A stretch of DNA of 64,000 bases. Source: Macrostomum lignano (Eukaryota). A program made the position numbers and the translations under genes. Below are positions 49,343 through 60,419 of this stretch, one piece after another. A model generated the notes under the pieces. The model was not told where the DNA came from and searched no databases. It saw only the letters and a list, made by a program, of their open reading frames with translations. Each line of letters starts with the position of its first letter. Within the stretch, counting starts at the first letter, position 1. Location: NCBI GenBank assembly GCA_002269645.1, contig NIVC01000930.1, forward strand, positions 1 through 64,000, in the 5' to 3' direction.

Positions 49343-52300
49343 GACTGACTGCCTGACTGACTGCCTGGCTGACTGACTGACTGACTGGCTGACTGACTGA
49401 CTGACTGACTGGCTGACTGACTGACTGGCTGACTGACTGACTGGCTGACTGACTGACTGGCTGACTGACTGCCCTGACTGCCTGACTGCCTGACTGCCTG
49501 ACTGACTGATTGACTGACTGACTGACTGACTGACTGACTGACTGACTGACTGACTGCCTGCCTGACTGACTGCCTGACTGACTGCCTGACTGACTGACTG
49601 ACTGACTGACTGACTGACTGACTGACTGACTGACTGACTGACTGACTGACTGACTGACTGACTGACTGACTGACTGACTGACTGACTGACTGACTGACTG
49701 ACTGACTGTTAAGCAATGCACTCCGAATCCAGCTTATAGACGTCCTTGTCACCAAAAATGAAATTGAGTAGAGAATTACTGTAATTATTATGAATAAAGA
49801 AGAGGAAAGCTTGAAAAAAGATATATTAGTAGAGGCGCTCACCTCAGTGTCATTGATCAGATTTCCCAGCGTGTTGTACTCAGCCTGCGTGAACACGTTG
49901 CCATCTCCTGTCATGTTCTGCATGGTGTCCCAGAAAGTTCGAGTATGATTCAGCATATCCTTCAGCAGTTTAAAAGCTTTCGGTCGTTCGAGCATTTCTC
50001 GAACACGAAGCGTCAGATCGCCTAGCATGGCTTTTAGTTCGGCGGTTTTGGCCGCGAATTGCTCCTGCGTTGTGTCCATGCCCTGCTCGTCGTACCAGTC
50101 CTGGCAGTAGGGTGTAAATAAGGTCAAAGGTCATTTTGGGTCACTTGGGGTCAAGGGAGAGATAAATATGGGTCAAACTGGGTCATAAAGTGTCTGGGTC
50201 AAAAAAAGACTCTTGGCCATAAAGGGGCCGACTGGGTTATAATGGGTCTGGGTCATAAAGACTCTGAGTCATAAGGTGTCATTGTCATAAAGTGTCTGGG
50301 TCAAAAAGGGTTAAACTAGGTCATAATGGGTCAAACTAGGTCATAAAGGGCCAAACTGGGTCATAATGGGTCAAACTGAGTCAAAATGGGTGAGTAGGTC
50401 AAACTGGGTCATAATGGGTCAAATGGAATCCAACTGGCTAAAAAATGGGTCAAACTGGGTCATAATACGATATTTTTATGATGCACAGGCCATAATAGGT
50501 CATTTGATGATAAACAGGTTGTTACGAAGGATTGAGTCAATTTTAATTTCAGAAGATCATAGCTGGTAACACAAACAGTTGCGAGGAGCGCACCTGAGCA
50601 GCGGACAGCTTTTCCATATAGCCTTGACGTTCGGACTCAGTTGAGCACTTCTCATAGTCAGCCGAGCTCAGCCGATCCTTGGACTCGAAGATGAAAGCCT
50701 CTAATTCGTTGCGAGCCTTCTCCAATTGGCGTTTGGCCTCTTCGCGTTTGCGCAGCTCTTGAATTCTGTGACGCGTGTTGAATTGATGACGGGGTGGCAT
50801 TACTTGACTATGGTAAACGGCTGTGGTCCTGAGTTCGATTCCATCAGGTAATAATAATTGATTACACCTGTCCTAATGGCCAGGTGTGCAACCGACAGCT
50901 CAGCCGCAGCTATTGCGCGGAGCATCTGAAGGCTGCGTACGGCTGTTCAGTCCAAGGACTGGGGGGGGGGGTCGCCACACACCCTCAATTACCTCAGCTA
51001 ATGCTGGCACCCATTTTACAGTTGGGTGAACTGAAGCCATGCGGACTTGCTCAGACACAAATTGTTCCAGTGGGTTCGGGAATCGAACCCCCGACCTTCA
51101 AGTCAGGTAAAAACATTTTAGGGATACACAAGTTGGAATTAGATATTTTAGCGATGATAATTTTACAGAGGTCCTGAGTTCGAATATCCAGCTTGAAAAT
51201 TCTAAACATTCTGTCGTCAGTTTAGGGACTAAAATATTGGCGATTGAATACTAAGAGAAGGTCCTAGGCTCGAATCGGCAGTAACTCACGTGCTTCGAGA
51301 TTTCTGCTGACTAGCATCGGACGGATGCACCAGAGTTTTGTCAGCGACAACAAATTCAATGGATTCTCTGCGCAGCTCAGGCTTGGCGGGCGTGGCGGCG
51401 GATTCCGACTTATTAGTATTATTATTACTCTGAGCGGCCTTGTCGCCGGAAGCTTTCGAAGCGTTGCCTGCCGCGGTCGAGTCGCCGGTTTTCTGCGATT
51501 TTTTAAAAATGAAAATTTTCCAAGATTTCTACAACGCAAATCTAGAACAGACCTCAGTGGCTCACCTCTCCCGGTTCAGCATTAGTCTTTGTCGAGTCTT
51601 TGTCAGCTGGTTTACTCGAAGAATCTTCCTTTGATTTCGCCTGCTGCTTTTCAGCGCCGCTGGCTTCATCGGCTTTCTGATAGAGAGAGATTGGAGTGGG
51701 GATCGGGGATCAGGATATATGCACTGCTATACAAAGGATATCAGAAATAGACAACTTGCTCACCTTGTCCGCTTCGCTGGATCCGAAGAGGCTGCCAAGA
51801 GATTCGCCAATTTCTGCAGGCAGTGCCATGAAGTATTTTCAGCTCTCACGTGTTTAATAAGGGGTAGGCATAGTGCGAAAGCGCTTATAGGGACATCATG
51901 GTGGCAGTCATAGAGACCAGATCATGTCAGCTAGGGGTCAATGTAAAGGGTCATTTGGTATGGGATTGGGGTCGTCTGGAAGGGGGTGAATTCTGGGATG
52001 GGTTGAATTTTGGAATGGGGTCATCTGAAATGGGGTCATTTGGGATGGGATCAATTCTGGGATGGGGTCATATGGGATGGGATCATATGGGATGGGATCA
52101 TCTGGGATGGGGTCATCTGGGATGGGGTCATATGGGATGGGGTCATCTGGAATGGGGTCATCTGGAATGGGGTCATCTGGAATGGGGTCATCTGGGATGG
52201 GGTCATCTGGGATGGGGTCATCTGGGATGGGGTCATATGGGATGGGGTCATATGGGATGGGGTCATATGGGATGGGGTCATCTGGGATGGGGTCATCTGG

Positions 52301-55300
52301 GATGGGGTCATCTGGAATGGGGTCATCTGGGATGGGGTCATCTGGGATGGGGTCATCTGGGATGGGGTCATATGGGATGGGATCAATTCTGGGATGGGGT
52401 CATCTGGAATGGGGTCATATGGGATGGGGTCATCTGGGATGGGGTCATCTGGAATGGGGTCATACGGGATGGGATCAATTCTGGGATGGGGTCATCTGGA
52501 ATGGGGTCATATGGGATGGGATCAATTCTGGGATGGGTCATCTGGAATGGGGTCATATGGGATGGGGTCATCCGGGATGCGGTCATCCAGGATGGCAATT
52601 TAAAAAGCGATGACGGGATTAGTCATTAGTTTAATGACTAGCAATCTTCGCCCCCCGATGGGGGACATCTGGATAGAATCTCTGTTTTCTAAAGTAACAA
52701 AAAGACAGCCAAAAATCCTTCAAAAAGACAACAGACAAACTGCTCAAATGAAGTGCATTGCAAAAAGAAATCATCCCAAGACTGCAAGCATCCCCCAGAT
52801 AGCAAGCATCCCCTAGATAGCAAGCATCCCCAAGATGGCAAGCATCCCCCAGATAGCAAGCATCCCCCAGATTGCAAGCATCCCCCAGATAGCAAGCATC
52901 CCCAAGATAGCAAGCATCCCTCAGATAGCAAGCATCCCCCAGATAGCAAGCATCCCCAGATAGCAAGCATCCCCAGATAGCAAGCATCCCCCAGAAAGCA
53001 AGCATCCCCCAGATAGCAAGCATCCCCCAGATAGCAAGCATCCCCCAGATAGCAAGCATCCCCCAGATAGCAAGCATCCCCCAGATAGCAAGCATCCCCC
53101 AGATAGCAAGCATCCCCCAGATAGCAAGCATCCCCAAGATAGATAGCATCCCCAAATAGCAAGCATCCACCAGACAATAAGTAGCTAGTGCGACAATTTC
53201 CTTAGCATTATAGCGGCTCCTTTAAAATTCGCTTACTTTTACGTTTGAAATTGTGTATCTTTTTATGTTTAACAGGGTGGCTCTTTTATGTTCTACGCTC
53301 GTACATGGTAACTCTTTTATGTTTGATACGGTGGCTTTTCAATGTCTGACATAGTGGCTCTTCTATGTTTGACATGGGGGCTCTTCTATGTTTGACATGG
53401 GGGCTCTTCTATGTTTGACATGGGGGCTCTTCTATGTTTGACATGGGGGCTCTTCTATGTTTTACAAAGTGGCTTTTTAATGTTCAAAAAGGTGGCTCTT
53501 TTATGTTTGACATGGTGGCTCTTTAATGTTTGACATGGTGGCTCTTTAATGTTTGACATGGTGGCTCTTTAATGTTAGACAAAGTAGCTCTTTAATGTTT
53601 GACATGGTGGCTCTTTAATGTTAGACAAAGTAGCTCTTTAATGTTTGACATGATGGCTCTTTAATGATAGACATGGTGGCTCTTTAATTTTTGACATGGT
53701 GGCTCTTTAATGTTGGACATGGTGGCTCTTTAATGTTAGACATGGTGGCTCTTTAATGTTCGACATAAAGTCACTTATATGTTTGACATGATGGCTCTTT
53801 TATGTTTAACATGGTGGCTCTTTAATGTTTGACATGGTAGCTCTTTTATGTTCGACATGGTGGCTCTTTAATGTTCGACATGGTGGCTCTTTTATGTTCG
53901 ACATGGTGTCGCTTCAATGTTTGACATGGAGTTACGTATATGTTTTACATGGTGGCTCTTTTATGTTCGACGTGGTGGCTCTTTAATGTTTGACATGGGG
54001 TCTCTTCAATGTTTGACATGGAGTTACGTATATGTTTGACATGGTGGCTCTTTAATGTTTTACATGGTGGCACTTTCATGTTTGACCTGGTGGCTCTTAA
54101 ATGTTTGACATGGTGGCTCTGTAATGTTTGACATGGTGTCTCTTTAACGTTTGACATAGAGTCATGTATATGTTTGACATGGTGGCTCTTAAATGTTTGA
54201 CATGGTGGCTCTTTAATATTTGACATGGTGGCCCTTTTATGTTCGACATGGTGGCTCTTTAATGTTTGACATGGAGTCATATATATGTTTGACCTGGTGG
54301 CTCTTGTATTTTTAACACGTTGGCTCTTTAATGTTCGACATGGTGGCTCTTAAATGTCTAACATGGAGTCACGTATATGTTTGACATGGAGTCATGTATA
54401 TGTCTGGTATGGTAGCTCTTTAATGTTTTACATGGAGTCACCTATATGTTTCACATGGTGGCTATTTTATGTTTGACATGGTGCTTCTTAAATGTTCGAC
54501 ATGGTGGCTCTTTAATGTTTTACATGGTGGCACTTTCATGTTTGACCTGGTGGCTCTTTAATGTTTGACATGGTGGCTCTTTAATATTTGACATGGTGGC
54601 CCTTTTATGTTCGACATGGTGGCTCTTTAATGTTTGACATGGAGTCATGTATATGTTTGACCTGGTGGCTCTTTAATGTTTGACATGGTGGCTCTTTAAT
54701 GTTTTACATGGTGGCACTTTCATGTTTGACCTGGTGGCTCTTTAATGTTTGACATGGTGGCTCTTTAATATTTGACATGGTGGCCCTTTTATGTTCGACA
54801 TGGTGGCTCTTTAATGTTTGACATGGAGTCATGTATATGTTTGACCTGGTGGCACTTTCATGTTTGACCTGGTGGCTCTTTAATGTTTGACATGGTGGCT
54901 TTTTAATATTTGACATGGTGGCACTTTCATGTTTGACCTGGTGGGTCTTTAATGTTTGACATGGTACCTCTTTTATGTTCGACATGGTGGCTCTTTAATG
55001 TTTTACATGGTGGCTCTTTAATGTTTGACATGGTGGCTCTTTAATGTTTGATAAGGTGGCTCTTTAATGTTTGACATTGTGGCTCTTTAATATTTGACAA
55101 GGTGGCTCTTTAATGTTTAAAATGGTGGCTCTTTAATTTTCGAAATGGTGGCTGTTTTATGTTTGACATGGTGGCTCTTTAATGTTCGACATGGTGGCTC
55201 TTTAATGTTCTTAATGGTGTCTGTTTTATGTTTGACCTGGCGGCTCTTTAATGTTTGACATGGTAACTCTTTTAGGTTTGAAATGGTGTCTCTTTAATGT

Positions 55301-58300
55301 TTGCCATTGTGGCTCTTTAATGTTTGACATGGTGGCTTTTTAATGTTCGACATGGTGGCTCTTTTAGGTTTGAAATGGTAACTCTTGTATGTTTGATATG
55401 GTGGCTCTTTTATGTTCGACATGGTGGCTCTTTAATGTTTGACATTGTGGCTCTTTAATGTTTGAAATGGTGGCTCTTTAATGTTTCGACATGGTGGCTC
55501 TTTAATGTTGAGAATTTTGTGTTTTTTAACGTGTTTTAATAAAAAAAAACATTTTTCACCACTAAGATTCGAACCAAGGTCGCTACATTAGCATTCCAGT
55601 CTGTTTGCATCCGGCTATCTCTTTTCAATTGGAGAACATGACTTGTGGCCCTTATAATTCAATACTTATAGCAAGTCGGTAAGAGTAAAAAGTTATGACA
55701 TAATCAATTTCTCAGTCAGCCAGTATCAGTCTCAATTCAAGTTAGCAATATGGTTACGCAATTTCAATGAAGTCTTGTGTGCGTTTCTGTGGCACTGTTT
55801 TCACCTTGTTGTGATGCAATCTTTATCACAATCGTAATTCAGCCAGTCAGTTTTTTCTCTAGCATTCTTACAATGCATTTCAAGTCAAAAATTTGGCTTG
55901 ACCTTTGCAAAAAAGCATGTTTTTCGAATATTTAATCCCTTTAACATTGAGCAATTTCTTAGCCAAGATACATGTACCGTCCCAGGAACATTTCTGATCG
56001 AATGGTGCAAGTTTGAAGAAAATCGGTTGAGCCATTTTTTCTGAAATCTATCGCATAGCTAGTTAGTTACAGACATTTCATTTTTAGTATATAGGATGAA
56101 AGCAGAGATGAGGTCATGGAGGGGGCATTATATCTTGCTTAAGACATGACGAAAACTATCATAGAGTATTACAAGGACCCCGAAACTCACTGGCAAACGC
56201 GGATCCCTCCTCTTTTTTGGCTTCCCCATCCGAGCCGGCAGCCTGCGGCAGAATCTCAAACTGAGCCTCGGCCCGATCCAGGTGCACAATGCCGTTATCG
56301 TCCATACGGAAGTGCGCCTTGACGCCTTTGCTAGAGGCGCCCGGTTGGCCATCGTATTTGCCAATAGCCTGGGCTACGCCTTTCAGACTGAATTTGTACA
56401 GCAGCGGGTCGCCAAGGGCTCTGAAAATTGGCGGAGAGGTAATTAGGCCTCAGGGGTGTATCTGACGGCACTATACACAACTCCAACACCAAATTAAAGC
56501 TACTACTTACTTTTGTTGAAACTCGTTCAAATGGTTGAGGCTAGTATAGCCTACAGAGAAGTCGAAATCCTGCGTGTGCTTATTGAAGGTCATGACCTTA
56601 CGCTGGGGATAGTGGTTGCCAAGGTTAAATAGCAAGCGTTTGATCTCTTTGCCGTCCTCAGCGGTTTTGAAGTCCACCTGAATTAGCATTGAGCAGTAAA
56701 TGAAGAATATAGTCTGGGGGTCTGTATTGGTGCCAGGGACAGCCTGGATTGGTGTCAGGGAGAGCCTGGATTGTGTCAGGGAGAGCCTGGATTGGTGTCA
56801 GGGAGAGCCTGGAGTGGTGTCAGGGAGAGCCTGAATTGGTGTCAGGGAGAGCCTGGATTTGGGTCAGGGAGAGCCTGGATTGGTGTCAGGGAGAGCCTGG
56901 ATTGGTGTCAGGGACAGCCTGTATTGGTGTCAGGGAGAGCCTGGATTGGTGTCAGGGAGAGCCTGGATTAGTGTCAGGGACAGCCTGTATTGGTGTCAGG
57001 GAGAGCCTGTATTGGTGTCAGGGACAGCCTGGATTGGTGTCAGGGACAGCCTGTATTGGTGTCAGGGAGAGCCTGGATTAGTGTCAGGGACAGCCTGTAT
57101 TGGTGTCAGGGAGAGCCTGTATTGGTGTCAGGGAGAGCCTGTATTGGTGTCAGGGACAGCCTGGATTGGTGTCAGGGAGAGCCTGTATTGGTGTCAGGGA
57201 CAGCCTGGATTGGTGTCAGGGAGAGCCTGTATTGGTGTCAGGGACAGCCTGGATTGGTGTCATGGAAAGCCTGGATTGGTGTCAGGGAGAGCCTAGAGTG
57301 GCGTGGGGCTGCGCCAATAAAATTAACAGCAGCAACAATAACTCACTGCTAGGGGGAACAAAACGGCGTCCTTGACAACGAATCGCTTAACCCGAAAGCC
57401 CGGACTCAGATGGGCGGCCTGGTACACGGCGCCCAGTGCAGCGGCTTCGTCCGTGTTGATGGACTTGCCCAGCTCAGTTCTGGGAACAATAAAGTATATA
57501 AAATACTTAAGGGTCAGAAATTAAGGATGGGTGTATCGAATTCATCCATTCTAGAAGGCCAAGCGTTACCTTCCGGTGGCTTTGAGCAGAGCCGACTGCA
57601 CCTTGGGATTGCGGGTGCCGCCGCCCATGAGCAGCACTTCTTTGATCAGGTCCATCGAGATCTGGGCCATATTTAGCGCGCTTTCAATCGGTCTGGTGAC
57701 CCGTTCGAACAGGTCCGAGCAGATGTTCTCCAGCTCCTCGCGGGTGACCTTCACTTTGAAGTCTTTGTCCTCGAATACGCTCTCGATCTGGATTGAGGTT
57801 CAACCGACGTTTTACCCATTGAACAATCATCCCATTGAAGATTGAGGAATTAGGGAGAGATTAGGGATAATTATCCCATTGAAGATTGAGCAATTAGGGA
57901 GAGATTAGGAATAATTATCCCATTGAAGATTAAGGAATTAGGGACAGATTAGGGATAATAATCCCATTGAAGATTGAAGAATTAGGATGAGATCCCATTA
58001 AAGGATTATGACCTTAAAGAGAAATTTGGGGAAATTATCCCACTAAGGATTATGAGTTCACAAAGGCCATTTAAGATGCTAAAAAGACAGGCTTAAAAAA
58101 GATACATATGGGAAAATTATCCCAATATGCACTTTCAAAATCGCAGACTGTCTCACCTGAGCATAGACCTCCTTATTAGCGCTGAGCACCCTGTAGACTC
58201 TGCCAGCCTCCTTAAACAGTTTAGCCATAGCCCTCGCATTGCCTGTGATGTCTTTCTTAGACAACTTCTTAGCGTTGAACTCCTTCGCCAGGTGGTCGCG

Positions 58301-60419
58301 CAGCCGAAGAATGAAAGCGCTGGCGCCAAGTGTCTCGTCGTAGCCAACGCCGAGTACCTGCAGCTGAGGATGCTCTTCAGCCATGCCGTGCTCGCGGATT
58401 CGAGCCACTTGATAGGCTGCCATGGGGTTCGCAAGGGGGGAGATTATAGCTTGTTGGCTACTTATGTTCAGTAGCTAGGAGGAGTGCGTAAGCTATTTTA
58501 TGAATACTAACAAATGCACTTTCTGCTGACAACAGGTGCAAACAGACTATACCAAAAAACAACACTTACAGACAACGGTGGCAATGGTTGATGAAGATCC
58601 CATATCGTAGAACATGTAGTACTGCGCGGTCTTGTTGAAACTTTTCGATCGAAAGATGCCGAAGTTCAGAGCCACTGTTTACAAGTTTAGATATAAGAAA
58701 GAATAATATATAGTACTAATATTCTTTGATTGCTACTCACAGTAGACTAATCAGGACGAGAAATGATATTTACCCGCAGCATTGGAATTCATTAGTTGCA
58801 GCACGGTGATGCCGGCATAATCCGCTGCCCGAAGGACGGCGAGGCGCTCGGCTTGGCTAAAGTACGGCGGCACCGTGATCACCGCATCTTTGATGGGTTG
58901 GTCAGCGAATTTCTGAGCAGTCTCCTGGGCATTCTCCAGCAGCATGGCAAGGATCTCTTCTACAGTTAGCTTCTTGTTGCTGAAAATGTTTATGAAATTA
59001 AAATAAAGATTGGAGGTAAAGACGGTGGTACATCTGATGCAATGTGCATAATTAGGGAGATGACGAAGACTAATGTACATTATTAGGGAGATGATCAAGA
59101 CTGGTGTACATTGAGCAATGTACACTATTAGGGAGATGACCAAGACTGGTGTACACTGAGCAATGTACACTATTAGGGAGATGACCAAGACTGATGTACA
59201 CTGAGCAATGTACATTATTAGGGAGATAACCAAGACTGATGTACACTGAGCAATGTACATTATTAGGGAGATAACCAAGACTGATGTACACTGAGCAATG
59301 TACACTATTAGGGAGATGACCAAGACTGATGTACACTGAGCAATGTACACTATTAGGGAGATGACCAAGACTGGTGTACACTGAGCAATGTACACTATTA
59401 GGGAGATGACCAAGACTGATGTACACTGAGCAATGTACACTATTAGGGAGATGACCAAGACTGATGTACACTGAGCAATGTACATTATTAGGGAGATAAC
59501 CAAGACTGATGTACACTGAGCAATGTACATTATTAGGGAGATGATCAACACTGGTGTACACTAAGCGATGTACACTATTAGACGAAGAAAGAAAAAACAT
59601 AGATCATGTGCATACTATTTGGTATTGCATGCAAATCTAAACAGTTTAAAATGCTTGGCATAAAACAAAAAAACTCACTTCACAGTAGTAAAGGTCAGAA
59701 CGCCCTCATTGTCCTCAGAGAGCTTATAATAAGGGAAGCGCTCCTGGAACAGCTTCACAGCTGGACTATTAAGTGACTGACCAATCAGCGTTGGTATGAA
59801 AATGAAAGCATTTTGTGGGAATTTCACAGCCTGAAAAATGAAAATATTGAGAGAAACAATGTCTAGAATTTGTTATTGCATACTAAGGCATAGAAATGTA
59901 CAGATGAATGAATATTTACCATAGACAGGGCTGGATCACCAATTTGGCGTTCATCATTTCGCATGCCAACAACAACAGGTGTTTTCCTTTGTGACTCCCT
60001 GCAAACATCATTGTGTTATTATGGAATTAGTTTTCATTATTTTACAAACCAACTAAAAATATAAGGCTTTTAAATCATTTATTAACAGATTTTCAACATA
60101 CCTGTTTAGTGCAATCTCCATTGGAACACCAGGCTAAAAAATAGTGTTAGAATATAACTTGTGGACTTATGAACAGAATGAATTTTTAAACAATAGATTG
60201 AATTACAAGTTTACTTACCTTCACAATAGCAATTTTCATGAACTCAGAACCCAAATCAATTGCCATAGTGGCAATTGCATCTATAATATTGATAGTTAAA
60301 AACTTCGGTAAATAATTAAATTCTTATAATATTAATACTAGAAATTTAATTCAGTTCCAGAACTTACCACTTCTATAAATAACTGAAGCAAGTAGTAATA
60401 TTGTGATGATGATTTTCAT
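45189..60419 (-). CDS. HYOU1: Hypoxia up-regulated protein 1 / GRP170 (ER Hsp70-family nucleotide exchange factor), 997 aa, 19 exons, C-terminal DDEL
   Basis: Exons are 60419-60368, 60280-60219, 60133-60102, 59998-59920, 59830-59679, 58979-58774, 58674-58570, 58416-58157, 57787-57570, 57479-57347, 56677-56511, 56420-56191, 51813-51764, 51676-51566, 51492-51290, 50765-50594, 50100-49843, 48979-48799 and 45511-45189, totalling 2994 nt with all phases compatible. It has a signal peptide and the motifs [57 protein letters not shown] and [16 protein letters not shown]. Confidence 0.96.
45630..47112. repeat. G-rich about 19-bp minisatellite (GGGGGAACTGAAGGATCG) in the last HYOU1 intron
   Basis: Directly visible, with GGGAACTGATGGGAG variants. 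Confidence 0.95.
47118..47909 (-). other. Nested Lys/Ala- and Arg-rich coding-like ORF in HYOU1 intron 18 (pseudogene, alternative exon or nested gene)
   Basis: ATG at 47909, TAG at codon 7 (47889-47891), then an open frame to 47118. It is GC-rich and codon-like as far as about 47310. Confidence 0.5.
48104..48456. repeat. 21-bp minisatellite AGGTCA-GATA(G/A)-GGGTCA-TGAT, about 17 units
   Basis: Directly visible. Confidence 0.95.
49095..49707. repeat. (TGAC)n microsatellite in HYOU1 intron 17
   Basis: Directly visible. Confidence 0.97.
50150..50470. repeat. Degenerate 10-bp-period GGGTCA(AACT/TAAT) repeat in HYOU1 intron 16
   Basis: For example GGGTCATAATGGGTCAAACTGAGTCA and AGGTCAAACTGGGTCATAATGGGTCA. 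Confidence 0.8.
50846..51104 (-). mobile_element. tRNA-derived CORE-like SINE, copy 3 (HYOU1 intron 15)
   Basis: Near-identical to copies 1 and 2, with a small deletion in the core segment. Confidence 0.8.
52010..52580. repeat. 15-bp minisatellite (GGGATGGGGTCATCT) in HYOU1 intron 12
   Basis: Directly visible. Confidence 0.95.
52780..53175. repeat. 18-bp minisatellite (AGATAGCAAGCATCCCCC) in HYOU1 intron 12
   Basis: Directly visible. Confidence 0.95.
53270..55505. repeat. 23-bp minisatellite (TTTGACATGGTGGCTCTTTAATG), about 2.2 kb, in HYOU1 intron 12
   Basis: Directly visible, with recurring variant units. Confidence 0.95.
55900..56097 (+). mobile_element. Possible 3' end of a non-autonomous Helitron/Helentron-like element
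   Basis: AAGTTTGAAGAAAATCGGTTGAGCCATTTTT...ACAGACATTTCATTTTTAGTATATAGGAT resembles the ends of Lep1/DINE-type elements, judged by recall only. Confidence 0.35.
56740..57292. repeat. 22-bp minisatellite (CTGGATTGGTGTCAGGGAGAGC) in HYOU1 intron 10
   Basis: Directly visible. Confidence 0.95.
57815..58050. repeat. 44-bp minisatellite in HYOU1 intron 8
   Basis: Unit ATCCCATTGAAGATTGAGGAATTAGGGAGAGATTAGGGATAATT. Confidence 0.85.
59045..59580. repeat. 45-bp minisatellite in HYOU1 intron 5
   Basis: Unit GATGTACACTGAGCAATGTACACTATTAGGGAGATGACCAAGACT. Confidence 0.95.

Noticed and set aside
55555-55620. tRNA-like segment with GGTTCGAATC on the minus strand
   Set aside because: I could not draw a cloverleaf or acceptor stem; at most it is a SINE head fragment.
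22930-57292. Idea that G-rich arrays always lie on the template strand (G-quadruplex avoidance in pre-mRNA)
   Set aside because: It holds for many arrays but is contradicted by 52780-53175, 20990-22595 and 26590-27460, so it is not consistent in this window.
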